A DNA stretch of 55,298 nt from Octopus sinensis (Eukaryota), in contig NW_021835369.1 of NCBI RefSeq assembly GCF_006345805.1, positions 1 through 55,298 on the forward strand. The letters are read 5' to 3'. Numbering within the stretch: position 1 is the stretch's first letter; every line of letters begins with the position of its first letter. The notes below the pieces were generated by a model. The model did not search any database. It saw nothing but the letters and a program-made list of their open reading frames with translations, and had not been told where the DNA came from. The translations under genes and the position numbers were made by a program. This document shows, one piece after another, positions 11,773-24,556 of the stretch.

Positions 11773-12152
11773 TTTTACTTGTTTCAGTCATTTGACTGCG
11801 GCCATGAGGAGCACCGCCTTTAGTCGAGCAAATCGACCCCGGGACTTATTCTTTGTAAGCCCAGTACTTATTCTATCGGTCTCTTTTGCCGAACCGCTAA
11901 GTGACAGGACGTAAACACACCAGCATCGGTTGTCAAGCAATGCTAGGGGACAAACACAGACACACACTATATATATATACATACATATATACGACAGGCT
12001 TCTTTCAGTTTCCGTCTACCAAATCCACTCACAAGGAATTGGTCGGCCCGGGGCTATAGCAGAAGACACTTGCCTAAGATGCCACACAGTGGGACTGAAC
12101 CCGGAACCATGTGGTTGGTTAGCAAGCTACTTACCACACAGCCACTCCTGCG

Positions 12153-12155
<3 letters not shown>
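11773..12155 (-). mobile_element. SINE family A, full length, inverted relative to 11190-11632
   Basis: Reverse complement of the same head, body and tail. Confidence 0.9.
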
Positions 12156-12193
<38 letters not shown>

Positions 12194-12228
12194 ATTATAT
12201 ATATATATATACATTAATATATATATAC

Positions 12229-12271
<43 letters not shown>

Positions 12272-12343
12272 TAAACATATATATTTTATACATACATATA
12301 CATACATATATATATATAATATATATATATACACATACATACA

Positions 12344-12402
<59 letters not shown>

Positions 12403-12784
12403 ATGTATGTATATGTATATATATGTAAAACTTCATATACCGTTATGTTTCCCTCATTTTACCAAAATGCAATAAAAAAAAATCCAGAAAACAACCACAA
12501 AAAAACCCCCTTGCCCATTAATCTGTCAAATACATTAACCATCCCAGCTACCCACCCTTAACCCCATCCTGCAATTTTATGGAACCACTGGACTGAAGTC
12601 AGAGAGTAAATAAAATTCAAGAGAACCCGGAGAGAAAACCTGCTTTGGATGTTGTTGTATCATGATCTGTGGCAAGGAGATGTTTTATTGGCAATATTAA
12701 ATGTTTTATTTGCTTTCCAACTAGTTTGAAGGTTATTTCAGTTCAAATGTTGTCTTCCATCAATATTGGTTTGAAATCTATGAG

Positions 12785-13110
12785 AATTCATCTCTGGTTG
12801 CTGCTGTTGTTGTTGTTGTTGTCGGTGGTGGTGGTGGTGGTAGTAACAGCTATTGCAGTTGTAGTGGCAATGGCATCCATGTTGGCAAGGAGGATGATGA
12901 TGATGGTGGTGGTGGTGATGGTGGTCGTAGTGGTGATGATGACGATCAAGATGATATTGATGATGATGATGATGATGGTAGTGGCAGTGGTGGTAGTGTT
13001 GGTGGTGACTATGAGGAGGAGGGGAACAGAAATGGTGATGACAGCGATGACTGATGAAGAGGATGACAAGTATGGTGATGACGATGACGACGACAACAAG
13101 GATATCGTTA
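12785..13110. repeat. Compound GGT/GAT microsatellite
   Basis: Directly visible trinucleotide runs. Confidence 0.85.
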
Positions 13111-13446
13111 TAATCAGTAAATTAGATGCAGTCATTAACCTGGTGTATAATTATAAATAATAATTAACCAAGATTTAATTAAAATTTATCAATCTTCATA
13201 TTGTTTTAAATTAATTTATTAGAAATAATCCAAATCCAATCAGATCAATATTTTCTTTTTCTGTTAGACTAGGAATGAATTTCTTTCTTACATTCCTGTT
13301 ATTGGATTATCCGATTAGTGGATTATTGGATTAAACTTTATCATACATAATCCCATGATGCACCTGGAAACATCATCAATGGTATTTCTTGTGGGGTGGT
13401 CATCCGGTATTCCAAGTGGTTGAACATCAGACACCATCGTCTAAGT

Positions 13447-13497
13447 CAGTGGTTCCCAAAGTGGGTGGTACCGACCCCTGGGGGCAGTGGAAAGGCC
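13447..13497. mobile_element. hAT-like terminal fragment
   Basis: CAGTGGTTCCCAAAGTGGG...GACCCCTGGGGG resembles Charlie-type hAT termini; no partner TIR seen. Confidence 0.4.
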
Positions 13498-13582
13498 CCA
13501 AAAAAACAAATAAAGGGTTAATTATGTTTAGTTTATTTGTGAAATACTTTTGATTGGAATTTGTTGCAGGAAATGGTCTATG

Positions 13583-13958
13583 TCTTTTCTAGTTTAGGCA
13601 CAAGGCCTGGAATTTTTGAGGAGGGGGAAGTCAATCAATTAGATCAACCCCAGTTTGCAACTGGTACTCAATTTATCAACCCTGAAAGGGCGAAAGGCAA
13701 AGTCGGCCTCGGCGGAATTTGAACTCAGAATGTAGCAGTGGGCAGAATACCTATTTCTTTACTACCCACAAGGGGCTAAACACAGAGAGGACAAACAAGG
13801 AGAGACAAACGGATTAAGTTAATGATATCGATCCCAGTGCATAACTGGTACTTATTTAATCGACCCCAAAAGGATGAAAGGCAAATTTGAACTCAGAACG
13901 TAGTGACAGACGAAATACCGCTAAGCACTTCGCCCGGCGTGCTAACAATTCTGCCAGA
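13583..13958 (-). mobile_element. SINE family M dimer containing one copy of the LINE-tail module
   Basis: Two conserved M blocks separated by ACCTATTTCTTTACTACCCACAAGGGGCTAAACACAGAGAGGACAAAC (~13748-13800). Confidence 0.8.
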
Positions 13959-14052
13959 TTTATGCCTCGAAAATGGTCCATATTTTGTGTATTGTGGAAA
14001 TAAAACCAATTTATTTACAGAAAGATCTTAACAAAAAGTCTTGTATGGACCC

Positions 14053-14490
14053 CATGGTTGTGTGGTAAGTAGCTTGCTTCCCAACTACATTGTTCTGGGT
14101 TCAGTCCCACTGCATGGCACCTTGGGCAAGTGTCTTCTACTATAGCCTCAGGCCAACCAAAGCCTTGTGAGTGGATTTGGCAGATGGAAACTGAAAGAAG
14201 CCCATTGTATATATGTTTGCACATGTGTATGTAAGTAGGTGTATATGTACATATATATGTATGTGTGTCTGTCTGTTTGTCCCCCACTGTACCCATCACT
14301 GCTTGACAACTGGTGTTGGTGTGTTTATGTCCCCGTAACTTAGCAGTTCAGCATTAGAGACGGATGGAATAAGTGCTGGGCTTAACAAGATAAAAAGAAA
14401 AAGTCCTGGGGTCGATTCGTTTGACTAAAAACCCTTCGAGGTGGTGCTCCAGCATGGCCGTGGCCAAATAAATGAGACAAATAAAAGAAT
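14053..14490 (+). mobile_element. SINE family A, older copy
   Basis: Same head, body and tail with more substitutions. Confidence 0.8.
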
Positions 14491-14529
14491 AAAAAAATGT
14501 GTGTGTGTGTGAAGAGGCAGTAGCCAGAG

Positions 14530-14736
14530 CAGTGATTCTCAACCATTTTGCACCTATGGTCCCTTTTGATTCCTGTTTCATTCCATTGGACCCTTCATAG
14601 CCATTTTGATGTTTTCAAAGATCCTATTTTTGTGCATTGTAGAAGTACACAACCAATTTCATTCTGCATAAATTTTAACTGCAAAATCTCAATATGGACC
14701 CCCAAGGGTCATGTGGACTCCCATTGAGGACCAGTG
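14530..14736. mobile_element. hAT-type MITE (~207 bp)
   Basis: CAGTGATTCTCAACC at the left end; degenerate partner CATTGAGGACCAGTG at the right end; subterminal GGACCCC motifs. Confidence 0.55.
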
Positions 14737-14839
14737 GGTTAACATTACCCCTGACAGCACTGCTCCTTCCAGGGCTCACACATGATCCACAGCAACCTTG
14801 AGGTAATCTGTGCAGCTTCCACAGCCAGCCTGATGGTCT

Positions 14840-14867
14840 TCTATCTATCTCTCTGCCCCTCTGTCTG

Positions 14868-14919
<52 letters not shown>

Positions 14920-14944
14920 CCTATCTACCTATCTATCTATCTAC

Positions 14945-14998
<54 letters not shown>

Positions 14999-15032
14999 GT
15001 CTATCTACCTATCTACCTATCTATCTATCTAC

Positions 15033-15094
<62 letters not shown>

Positions 15095-15136
15095 GTCTAT
15101 CTACCTATCTACCTATCTACCTATCTATCTATCTAC

Positions 15137-15167
<31 letters not shown>

Positions 15168-15168
15168 C

Positions 15169-15222
<54 letters not shown>

Positions 15223-15259
15223 GTCTATCTATCTATCTATCTATCTATCAATCTCTCTG

Positions 15260-15291
<32 letters not shown>

Positions 15292-15324
15292 CCTATCTAT
15301 CTATCTATCTATCTACCTATCTAC

Positions 15325-15394
<70 letters not shown>

Positions 15395-15418
15395 GTCTAT
15401 CTATCTATCTATCTATCT
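14840..15418. repeat. (TATC)n tetranucleotide array (~580 bp)
   Basis: Directly visible; it is the source of the LSIYLSIY ORFs. Confidence 0.97.
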
Positions 15419-15419
15419 G

Positions 15420-15626
15420 CCTTTTTTCCCTTTTTTCTTTTTTTCTTCTTTTTTTTCTTTTCCTTTTTTTCTTTTCTTCTTTTTTTTTGTTCTTTTTTCC
15501 CTTTTACGATCCCTTTTGATCGAAAACCTACGCCACCTTTTTTTTTTCTTTTTCTCCCCCAAAAGAAAAGCTCTACCTTGTAATTTGTCCCATCTGTGTG
15601 CAGCCCTGTGTGGCCAATAAAGAAAC
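15420..15626 (+). mobile_element. LINE 3' end (L1/Tx1-like family) embedded in (TATC)n
   Basis: T-rich UTR, TTTTGATCG, GAAAAGCTCTACCTTGTAATTTGTCC...AGCCCTGTGTGGCCAATAAAGAAA. Homologous to 26030-26124 and, reverse-complemented, to 49765-49932. Confidence 0.7.
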
Positions 15627-15649
15627 TTATCTATCTATCTATCTATCTA

Positions 15650-15689
<40 letters not shown>

Positions 15690-15690
15690 A

Positions 15691-15724
<34 letters not shown>

Positions 15725-15725
15725 A

Positions 15726-15761
<36 letters not shown>

Positions 15762-16029
15762 CATCTCTCTCTCTGTCTCTGTTTCAACATCTCTCAAACA
15801 ATAATTCTCTCTTTCTATATTCTCCGTCTGTGAAGCCATCTTTCTATTTAAAACTCTCTCTTTCTTATCAATTTATCTGTCTGTCTCACCCCCTCTCTAT
15901 CTCTCTCTCTCTCTCTCACTAGTTCCCTCTCTCTTTTCTTTCTCTTCCACTCTCTCCCTCTCTCCCCAAATATTTTCTCCACAAACTACAATCTCCTTTG
16001 CCTTCTCCTATCACCAACCCAGCCAGCAA

Positions 16030-16092
16030 CAGCAGCAGCAGATGTTGTAGTGGTGGTGGTGGTGGTGTTGTTGGTTGTAGTAATGTTGTTGT

Positions 16093-16166
<74 letters not shown>

Positions 16167-17545
16167 CAGTAGCAGCAGCAGCAGCAGTAGTAGCAGTAGT
16201 AGTAGTAGCAGCAGTAGTAGTAGCAGTAGTAGCAGCAGTAGTAGTTGCAGCAGCAGAAGCAGCAGCAAAAGCAGTAGTAGTGGTGGTGGTGGTAGTAGTA
16301 GCAGCAGCAGCTAGGCTTTTATCTGATTTCTCTGCCAGTTTGCCCTCATCCCCCCCCGCCGCCACCGCTCCCCCCCCCCCCCCGCCGCCACCGCCCCCCC
16401 CGCCACCACCGCCACCCCCCCCGCCCCCCGCGCCGCCCCAGTGGAAGCTAATCTCCTCTGCAAGAAAACTGATACACTTTCTTCTAATGGCCGCCTGATT
16501 GGTATCTTTGGCTGAGGAGAACTTTATGGCAGACATCTTATCTCTTCTCTACTACCACCCAAACACCAATCACCAGCCACCAACACCCCCTCCTCTTCTC
16601 CTATAACTAACACCAACAACAGCAACAACACGAATGACAACACCCCTACCCCCCCACCACCAACAATATTAACAATACTACTACCACCATAACTGCCATC
16701 ACCACCACTACCACCACAAACACTATGACTACCATCACCACCACCGCATCTACTGCTACCACCACCATCACCATCACCATCACCACTACCAATACTATCA
16801 CCATCACTATCATCGTCACTACCCTCCACCACCACTACTGTCACAAACACCACCACTACCTTCCCCAGCACCATTACTACTGCTGCCACCGCCACCACCA
16901 GCCTCCACCACCACCACCACCACTGCTGCCACCACCACCACCGCTGCCACCACCACCACCACCAACACCACGACCACTACCAGCCTCCACCACCGCCGCC
17001 ACCACCACCACCACCACCACTGCTGCCACCACCACCACTACCACCACCACCACCACTAGCCTCAACCACCACCACCACCACCACTAGCCTCAACCACCAC
17101 CACCACCACCACTAGCCTCCACCACCACCACCACCACCACCACCACCACCACCACTAGCCTCCACCACCACCACCACCACTGCTGCCACCTCCAACACCA
17201 CCACCGATGCCACCACCACCACCACCACCACCACTACCACCACCACCACCACTACCACCACCACCACCACTAGCCTCCACCACCACCACCACTGCTGCCA
17301 CCACCACCACCGCTGCCACCACCACCACCACCAACACCACGACCACCACCAGCCTCCACCACCGCCGCCGCCACCACCACCACCACCACCACTGCTGCCA
17401 CCTCCAACACCACCACCGATGCCACCACCACCACCACCACCACCACTAGCCTCAACCACCACCACCACCACCACCACCACCACTAGCCTCCACCACCACC
17501 ACCACCACCACCACCACCACCACCGACGCCACCGCCACCAGCATT
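16030..17545. repeat. Compound TAG/CAG, C-rich and CAC/CCA repeat block with small unique islands
   Basis: Directly visible; recurring ACTAGCCTC(C/A)ACC spacer between (CAC)n runs in 16890-17500. Confidence 0.9.
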
Positions 17546-17911
17546 ACCATTATTCAGTGCCAATGGAATCTATGTTTGCTGGCTCCACAGACAATCTACA
17601 ACAGAACCACAAGATGTCTAAAACCATTATTGCTTCCTCTTACACTCTTAGATTATGTTTATGCCATAAGGAAGCAGGGAAAGGGAGCGGCACTTCTGGT
17701 GGAGAGGTGAGGGGTGTCTCTTGTATTTCTAGGAGAAAGGTAGGAGGCGCGGGGGGGGGGCGAAATTTATGGTCTCCTTTCACCATCAAAATGGAAATTT
17801 GGTGTTTGATAAATATGATCTACTCTTGATTGTAGAAAAGGCTGTTTATATGTGTATATAGCACGAAATAAAATAAAAAAAAACTTAGACATTTATGTGT
17901 GTATATGTATA

Positions 17912-18328
17912 CTCTTTACTCTTTACTCTTTTACTTGTTTCAGTCATTTGACTGCGGCCATGCTGGAGCACCGCCTTTAGTCGAGCAACTCAACCCCGGG
18001 ACTTATTCTTTTTGTAAGCCCAGTACTTATTCTATCGGTCTCTTTTGCCGAACCGCTAAGTAACGGGGGACATAAACACACCAGCATCGGTGGTCAAGCA
18101 ATGCTAGGGGGACAAACACAGACACACAAACACACATACACATATATATACATATACATATACACGACAGGCTTCTTTCAGTTTCCGTCTACCAAATCCA
18201 CTCACAAGGCATTGGTCGGCCCGGGGCTATAGCAGAAGACACTTGCCCAAGATGCCACGCAGTGGGACTGAACCTGGAACCATGTGGTTGGTTAGCAAGC
18301 TACTTACCACACAGCCACTCCTGCGCCT
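17912..18328 (-). mobile_element. SINE family A, young full-length copy with (TAAAGAG)-like tail repeats
   Basis: Nearly identical to 36961-37358. Confidence 0.9.
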
Positions 18329-18399
18329 ATTATATATATATATATATTTTATTTCTTTATCATTTATTCGGTTCAGTCATTAGACTGTGGCCATGCTGG

Positions 18400-20112
18400 G
18401 GCACCTAATGCACTTATTACTACAGAGAAACATTTTACCCGCACTTTCCATAGTCTCTGAAATTCAATAACTAGGTCCTGGTATTTTGCTATTTTCTTTA
18501 TACCTTTTATATTGACTTTCTCATCATTTGGGACTGTAAAGTCATTTATCTGGCACTTTCTATTCTCTTTATCTACTACTACTAAATCAGGCTACTCTGT
18601 CTGAATATTAAAGTACCACAACATCTTATAATTCTTACCTTCTTGTATTTTACTAGGTTCACGTTCATACCATTTTTCATCATGGTCAAATCCTAGCTTT
18701 CTACATGGAATGGAATGGAAGCACTTCGCCAGTTACGATGATGAGGGTTCCGGTTGATCCGAATCAACGGAACAGCCTGCTCGTGAAATTAACGTGTAAG
18801 TGGCTGAGCACTCCACAGACACGTGTACCCTTAACGTAGTTCTCGGGGATATTCAGCGTGACACAGAGAGTGACAAGGCCGGCCCTTTGAAATACAGGTA
18901 CAACAGAAACAGGAAGTAAGAGTGAGAGAAAGTTGTGGTGAAAGAGTACAGCAGGGATGACCACCATCCCCTGCCGGAGCCTCGTGGAGCTTTAGGTGTT
19001 TTCGCTCAATAAACACTCACAACGCCCGGTCTGGGAATCGAAACCGCGATCCTATGACCGCGAGTCCGCTGCCCTAACCACTGGGCCATTGCACCTCCAC
19101 AGCTTTCTACATAACTCCCAGCAGATCACTCTCCCTAGTTTGTCATGTCTTTTCTTGTACTCTTTCTGTGCCAGTATTCTAATTCATTTACTATTTGCAT
19201 AACACTTTCCTCTTTTGATTTACATAACCTCCATTGGAAATCTACCTGGTTTTTGTCTATCTTGACTTTTATCCAATTAGTCCTCAATGCTTGATCTTGT
19301 GCTGCTACTAACAAACTTTCTTCTCCCTTTACAGCCCTCCTTTCTGCAACCATGTCTCACTATTACTGTTTCATGCAACTATCTTTGGGAATCTACTATG
19401 CAAATCCTTCTCTTGTCAGTCACATAATCCTCCTTTTTTTCTGGTTTTTAACTTCATATGGGTTTTTGGTTTCTCTGTGTCTTGCTGTGACTCTAGCAAC
19501 TCTTAAACTTCCTTCACTGTTACCTACCTAGGAGGCTATAACTACTCTAGCTAACACCACGGAGTCTTCTACTGATATTAACCCTCTTCCATCTTCCTTT
19601 CTAAGTAAGTATAATCTTGCTACTCCTGCTCTTGGGTGACATCCGCCATTCATATTGAATTCCTTCCTAGTTCTTCTGTCTAGCTTTGCTAATTCAGTTT
19701 TTGTCCAATCTACAAAAGCTACTGAGTATCTAAGTAATGACATTGCCCAAGTATTTACAGTCTTCCCTAGATTCGAACCATTTAGCTTTGACTTTAGTAG
19801 CTTTCTCACCCTTCTGATCTACTCCTTCTCAATTTTTGTTTTCATTTCTATAGTTAGTACTCTGTCAGATTCTAATACTTCTACATACTTATAACTCTCT
19901 CCTTCTTTCAGTGATTTTAATGTCCAGCCATTTGGTAACTGGATGCCTTCACTGCTGACTACATGTCCCCTTTTCATGACCAGTATTGCACACTTATTTG
20001 TGCCAAATTCCACGCCTATGTCTTTACTGAACAATCTTACAGTTTGTATCAAGGAATCTCTCATTTTCATTCTGACCAAAAAGCTTTAGATCCATGTAGA
20101 AGAAATGGTTAA
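18400..20112 (-). mobile_element. R4/Dong-clade non-LTR retrotransposon (RT 3' half, CCHC region, RLE endonuclease), truncated and interrupted by a SINE
   Basis: Minus translations: HFFYMDLKLF, DSLIQTVRLFSKDIGVEFGTNKCA, SKLNGSNLGKTVNTWA, LDRRTRK..HPRAGVARLYLLRKEDGRGL, LLVAAQDQALRTNWIK, then KWYE..P and PDLVVVDK..CQINDF..K.AKYQDL (RLE-like), ending VISALGA. Confidence 0.85.
18707..19100 (-). mobile_element. SINE family Y (young; tRNA-like head, (TTCCA)n tail) with 12-bp TSD
   Basis: TSD AGCTTTCTACAT at 18695-18706 and 19101-19112; head TGGCCCAGTGGTTAGGGCAGCGG..GGTTTCGATTCCC; near-identical to 20931-21313 and 32741-33124. Confidence 0.92.
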
Positions 20113-20139
20113 TTTATTATCATCATCATCATTATTATT

Positions 20140-20692
20140 GAGTGAGAGAGCAGTGCATGCCATCAAAGTGACACTGGGGTGAAATATACGAAGCCCAGTA
20201 TACCCATCATGACTACCCATCTGATAAGGGTACACCAGGCACTTGCATCACAACCAAATGTGTGTGATATGGTGATCTCATATCAAGATAAACAGTGCAT
20301 GACCTTGCAGGTGGGCCCCAGTTAGAATTTTCTTCAGGTTGAGTAGCCCATCCTGCTCAAAAGGTCCTTGAATAAGGGTTGTTTAAGGATAATGAATGAA
20401 GCACCTGTGTTTCCAGAGGTGAATTATCCAAGCCCCAAAGAATTCCTCTCAACACACGTCTATGATGCTCCCCTATTACTTCTGCTTGTGATCAGAGATG
20501 CACATATAGTCAGCCACCAAGGGACATGCTCAACTGGTTAAGGTCAAACAACTGACAAGCAAATCTGTGGTATTGAGCAGAATATTTGCTGTAGCCCATC
20601 TTTTATACCAAGACAAAACAATGTTCACGATAACACTTCCAATCAGTTAAGATCAGAAGCCATGAGAGCCGCTGCTTGGTACTGCATCAGGA
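20140..20692 (-). other. Unassigned ~550-bp repeat-like unit ending in a TAA/TGA tail on the minus strand
   Basis: Non-coding, higher GC than flanks, abuts ATTATTATT at 20131-20139 next to the 5' truncation point of the Dong element. Only one copy in the window, so repeat status is inferred. Confidence 0.3.
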
Positions 20693-20728
20693 CATATATA
20701 AACTTACTAATCAAAAATTGATATGAAA

Positions 20729-20770
<42 letters not shown>

Positions 20771-20930
20771 CATTTTGCTAATTATTCTTCCATCAATGTG
20801 GTTCAGGGCCAATCTGGTTTAGAACTATTTCTAACATCTCACATATAATGAAAATAGTGATGTTTTTAGTTGTAAAAGATAAATGTTAAATTCTTGGTGG
20901 TGGTACCATGGAAAAAGCATTAGTGATGGT

Positions 20931-21313
20931 GGAAGCACTCCGTCGGTTACGACGACGAGGGTTCCGGTTGATCTGATCAACGGAACAGCCTGCTCGTGAA
21001 ATTAACGTGTAAGTGGCTGAGCACTCCACAGACACGTGCACCCTTAATGTAGTTCTCGGGGATATTCAGCGTGACACAGAGAGTGACAAGGCCGGCCCTT
21101 TGAAATACATGTACAACAGAAACAGGAAGTAAGAGTGAGAGAAAGTTGTGGTGAAAGAGTACAGCAGGGATCACCACCATCCCCTGCCGGAGCCTCGTGG
21201 AGCTTTTAGGTGTTTTCGCTCAATAAACACTCACAACGCCCGGTCTGGGAATCGAAACCGCGATCCTACGACCGCGAGTCCGCTGCCCTAACCACTGGGC
21301 CATTGCGTCTCCA
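20931..21313 (-). mobile_element. SINE family Y with 13-bp TSD
   Basis: TSD CATTAGTGATGGT at 20918-20930 and 21314-21326. Confidence 0.92.
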
Positions 21314-21594
21314 CATTAGTGATGGTACCACTAAACAAAAAGCGCTGGTGCTGGTTCCACATAAAAAAACATTGATGCTGGTGTCGTGTAAAAAACACTG
21401 GTGATGGTGCCATGCAAAAAGCACTGGTGCTGGTTCCATGTAAAACCATCCAGTACACTCTGTTTGATGGTTGGCATTAGGAAGGGCACCCAGTTGTAGA
21501 AACCTCTCCAAGATAGATTGTGGAACCTGGTGTGGCTTCTGGCCTTGCCAGCTCCTGTCAAACCATTCAACCCACGCCAGCATGAAAACCTGAT

Positions 21595-21612
21595 AAATGA
21601 CGATAAGGAGGC

Positions 21613-21651
<39 letters not shown>

Positions 21652-21683
21652 TGACGATGAAGATGACGACGACGACGACGACA

Positions 21684-21722
<39 letters not shown>

Positions 21723-21798
21723 GCGATGGTGCTGGTGGTGGTAGTGGTGATGATGATGATGATGATGATGATGGTGATGGTGCTGGTGGTGGTGGTGG

Positions 21799-21836
<38 letters not shown>

Positions 21837-21852
21837 GTGATGGTGTTGGTGG

Positions 21853-21905
<53 letters not shown>
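21595..21905. repeat. (GAT/GAC/GGT)n microsatellite extending the (ATG)n tail of a family R element
   Basis: Directly visible. Confidence 0.9.
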
Positions 21906-21907
<2 letters not shown>

Positions 21908-22189
21908 TCTGTCAAGATTGTTAACAGATTTTTCATTTTCTTGGCTTTTGATTCGTTTCTTTCGTCTCATTTGTTCTTTGTCGTTCGTTATTTATTACGT
22001 ATTCTGTCTAATTATTAAATTATTTATCTGTAATTGTCTATTTATGTGTATATTTTTTTCATTCTGTGCTGCGAGAAAGTTTTTTGAGATCTCAAAGCTG
22101 TCAAAAGCAAAGCTTAGAAGTGGTTCTTTGTAATAATTGCAAATGGAATTGGCGGGGGGGGGGGAACAACTGATTACTGGAGGGGGAGG

Positions 22190-23584
22190 GCATAAAGAAG
22201 GAAGAGAAGATGAAAGAGGCAGAGGAGGAGGGGGAGGGGAGAAGAAGAAGAAGAAGAAGAAGAAGAAGAAGCAAGAAGCAAGAAGAAGAGGAGGAAGAGG
22301 AGAGAAAGAAGAAAGAGAAGGAAAAGAAAAAAGAAGAAGCAAGAAGAGGAGGAGGAAGAGGAGAAGAAGAAGAAGCAAGAAGAGGAGGAGAAGATGATGA
22401 AGCAAGAAGATGAAGAAAGAGGAGGAAGATGAAGATGAAGATGAAGAAGAAGAAAAAGAAGAAAAGGAAGAAGAAGAAGAAGAAGACGAAGAAGAAGAAG
22501 AAGAAGAAGACAAAGAAGACGAAGAAGAAGAAGAAGAGGAAGACGAAGACGAAGAAAAAGAAGAAGCAAGAAGGGGAGGAGGAGGGAGAAAGAGGAGGAA
22601 AAGGAGAAGGAGTAGAAGAAGGAGAAGCAAGAGGAGGAAGAGGAGAAGGGTGGAAGAAGAAAGAAGAGGAGGAAAAAGAGGAGGAAGATGAAGAAGAAGA
22701 AGAATGATGATGTTGGTAATGATAAGCACATAATGTTGACGACAATGACAACAACAACAAGCAAAGAGCCAGAGCAAAGAAAAGGAAAAGAATGTGTGAA
22801 GGGGGGCATACATGTTGTGCTGTGTTGTGTGAGACAATAGGTTCGTGAACGGCTGTGGTGGGTAGCGATGACCATGGTGGTGGCAGCGATGGTGGTGGTG
22901 GTGGCTGCGATGGTGGTGGTGGTGGCTGCGATGGTGGTGGTGGTGGCTGCGATGGTGGTGGTGGTGGCTGCGATGGTGGTGGTGGTGGTGGCAGTGGCGT
23001 CGTCTAAGGTCGTCAGTGATGCAAACCGTGTAGCAGGGGACGTAATGCAGTGTGGAAATATTCGTTGTCGACGGTCTCTAATTAAACGGCCATTGTTTGC
23101 AATAAGCTCTTGCAGATCTCCCAGAGCACATAACTTAATTAACAGAAAACGGTCGGCAGCAAAGTAAAAAGAAACAATGACGACGGCGACGATGACGAGG
23201 GCGTAGAGGGGGGTGATGGGGGTAGTGAGAGAAAAACAGCGCAATCACCACCACCACCACCATCACCACCAGAAGAGGAGGAGGAGGAAGAAAGAGGAGG
23301 AAAAGGAGAAGGAGAAGAAGAAGAAGCAAGAAGAGGAAGAAGAAAGAGGAGGAAGATGATGAAGAAGAAGAAGAAGAAGAAGAAGACGAAGAAGAAGAAA
23401 AGAAGAACCCTAACCCAACACCACCACCACCACCACCACCAACACCACCACCACCAACACCACCATCACCACCTCCACCATCACCACCACCACCACCACC
23501 ACCACTACCACCACCACCACCACCACCACCACCATCACCACCACCACCATCACCACCACCACCACCACCACCACCACTACCACC

Positions 23585-23615
<31 letters not shown>

Positions 23616-24556
23616 GCAGCAGCAATAACAACAACAAGAATGGTGATGGAATCGTCAAGAGGAAAACTGGTTGATCCATTGCAGATTTTGTCTAGACAAT
23701 ATATGGAAGCATGTCTCCATAGCAATCAGGCTTTCTCAAAGACTTCAAATTCTTCGTCATTGATGCTTTGCAGTTGTTTCATCTACCAAACAGATCGTCA
23801 TTGATGCTGCTGCTGTAGTTGTCGTTGTTGTTGTTGTTTTTGTTATTGTTCTCTTTCTTCTTGCTTTCTTTTCTTCTTCTCTTCTCTTCTTCTTCTCTTC
23901 TTCTTCTTCATCTTCTTTCTTTCTTCTCTTCTTCTTCTTCTTCTTCTCTTCTCTCTTCTTCTCTCTCCTTCGTCTTCTTCTTCTTCTTCTTCTCTTCTGT
24001 TCTTCTTCTCTTCTTATTCTCTCTTCTTCTTCTTTCTTCTTCTTCTTTCTTCTTCTTCTTCTTCTTCTTCTTCTTCTTCTTCTTTCTCTTTTTCTTTCTT
24101 CTTTCTTCTTCTTCTTTCTTTCTTCTTTCTTCTTCTTCTTTCTTCTTTCTTCTTCTTCTCTTCTCTTCTTCTCTTCTTCTTCTTCTCTTCTTCTTCTTCT
24201 TTCTTCTTCTTCTTCTCTCTTCTTCTTCTTTCTTTCTCTCTCTTCTCTCTCTTCTCTCTTCTTCTTCTTCTTCTTCTTCTTCTTCTTTTCTCTTTCTCCA
24301 TTCTTCTTTCTTCTTCTTCTTCTTTTCTTCTTTCTTCTTCTTCTTCTTCTTCTTCTTCTCTTCTTCTTCTTCTTCTTATCTTCTTCTTCTTCTTCTTCTC
24401 TTCTTCTCTTCTCTTCTTATTCTTCTTCTTTCTTCTTTCTTCTTCTCCTTCTTCTTCTTCTTCTCTTCTTCTCTTCTTCGTTCTTCTCTCTTCTTTTTCC
24501 TTCTGCTTTCTCTCTTCTTCTCACTCCTTCCTCCTTCCCTCCCCCTCTCTTCTTCT
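22190..24556. repeat. Purine (GAA/GGA)n tracts (22190-22705, 23270-23405), GGT/CAC tracts and a pyrimidine (CTT)n tract (23830-24556)
   Basis: Directly visible; the poly-E/K/S/F/L ORFs come from these tracts. Confidence 0.92.

Noticed and set aside
12723-12800. Plus-strand exon FEGYFSSNVVFHQYWFEIYENSSL after an acceptor-like TTTCCAACTAG
   Set aside because: No convincing donor, it runs into a microsatellite, and no family was recognised; too weak to call.
19020-19100. tRNA genes at SINE heads (also 21240-21313, 33045-33124, 45580-45645)
   Set aside because: A/B-box-like motifs continue into SINE bodies and tails, with TSDs for family Y; no complete cloverleaf was evident.
23640-23808. Helitron or other transposon coding remnant
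   Set aside because: Translations in all frames gave no motif I could recognise; left unassigned.
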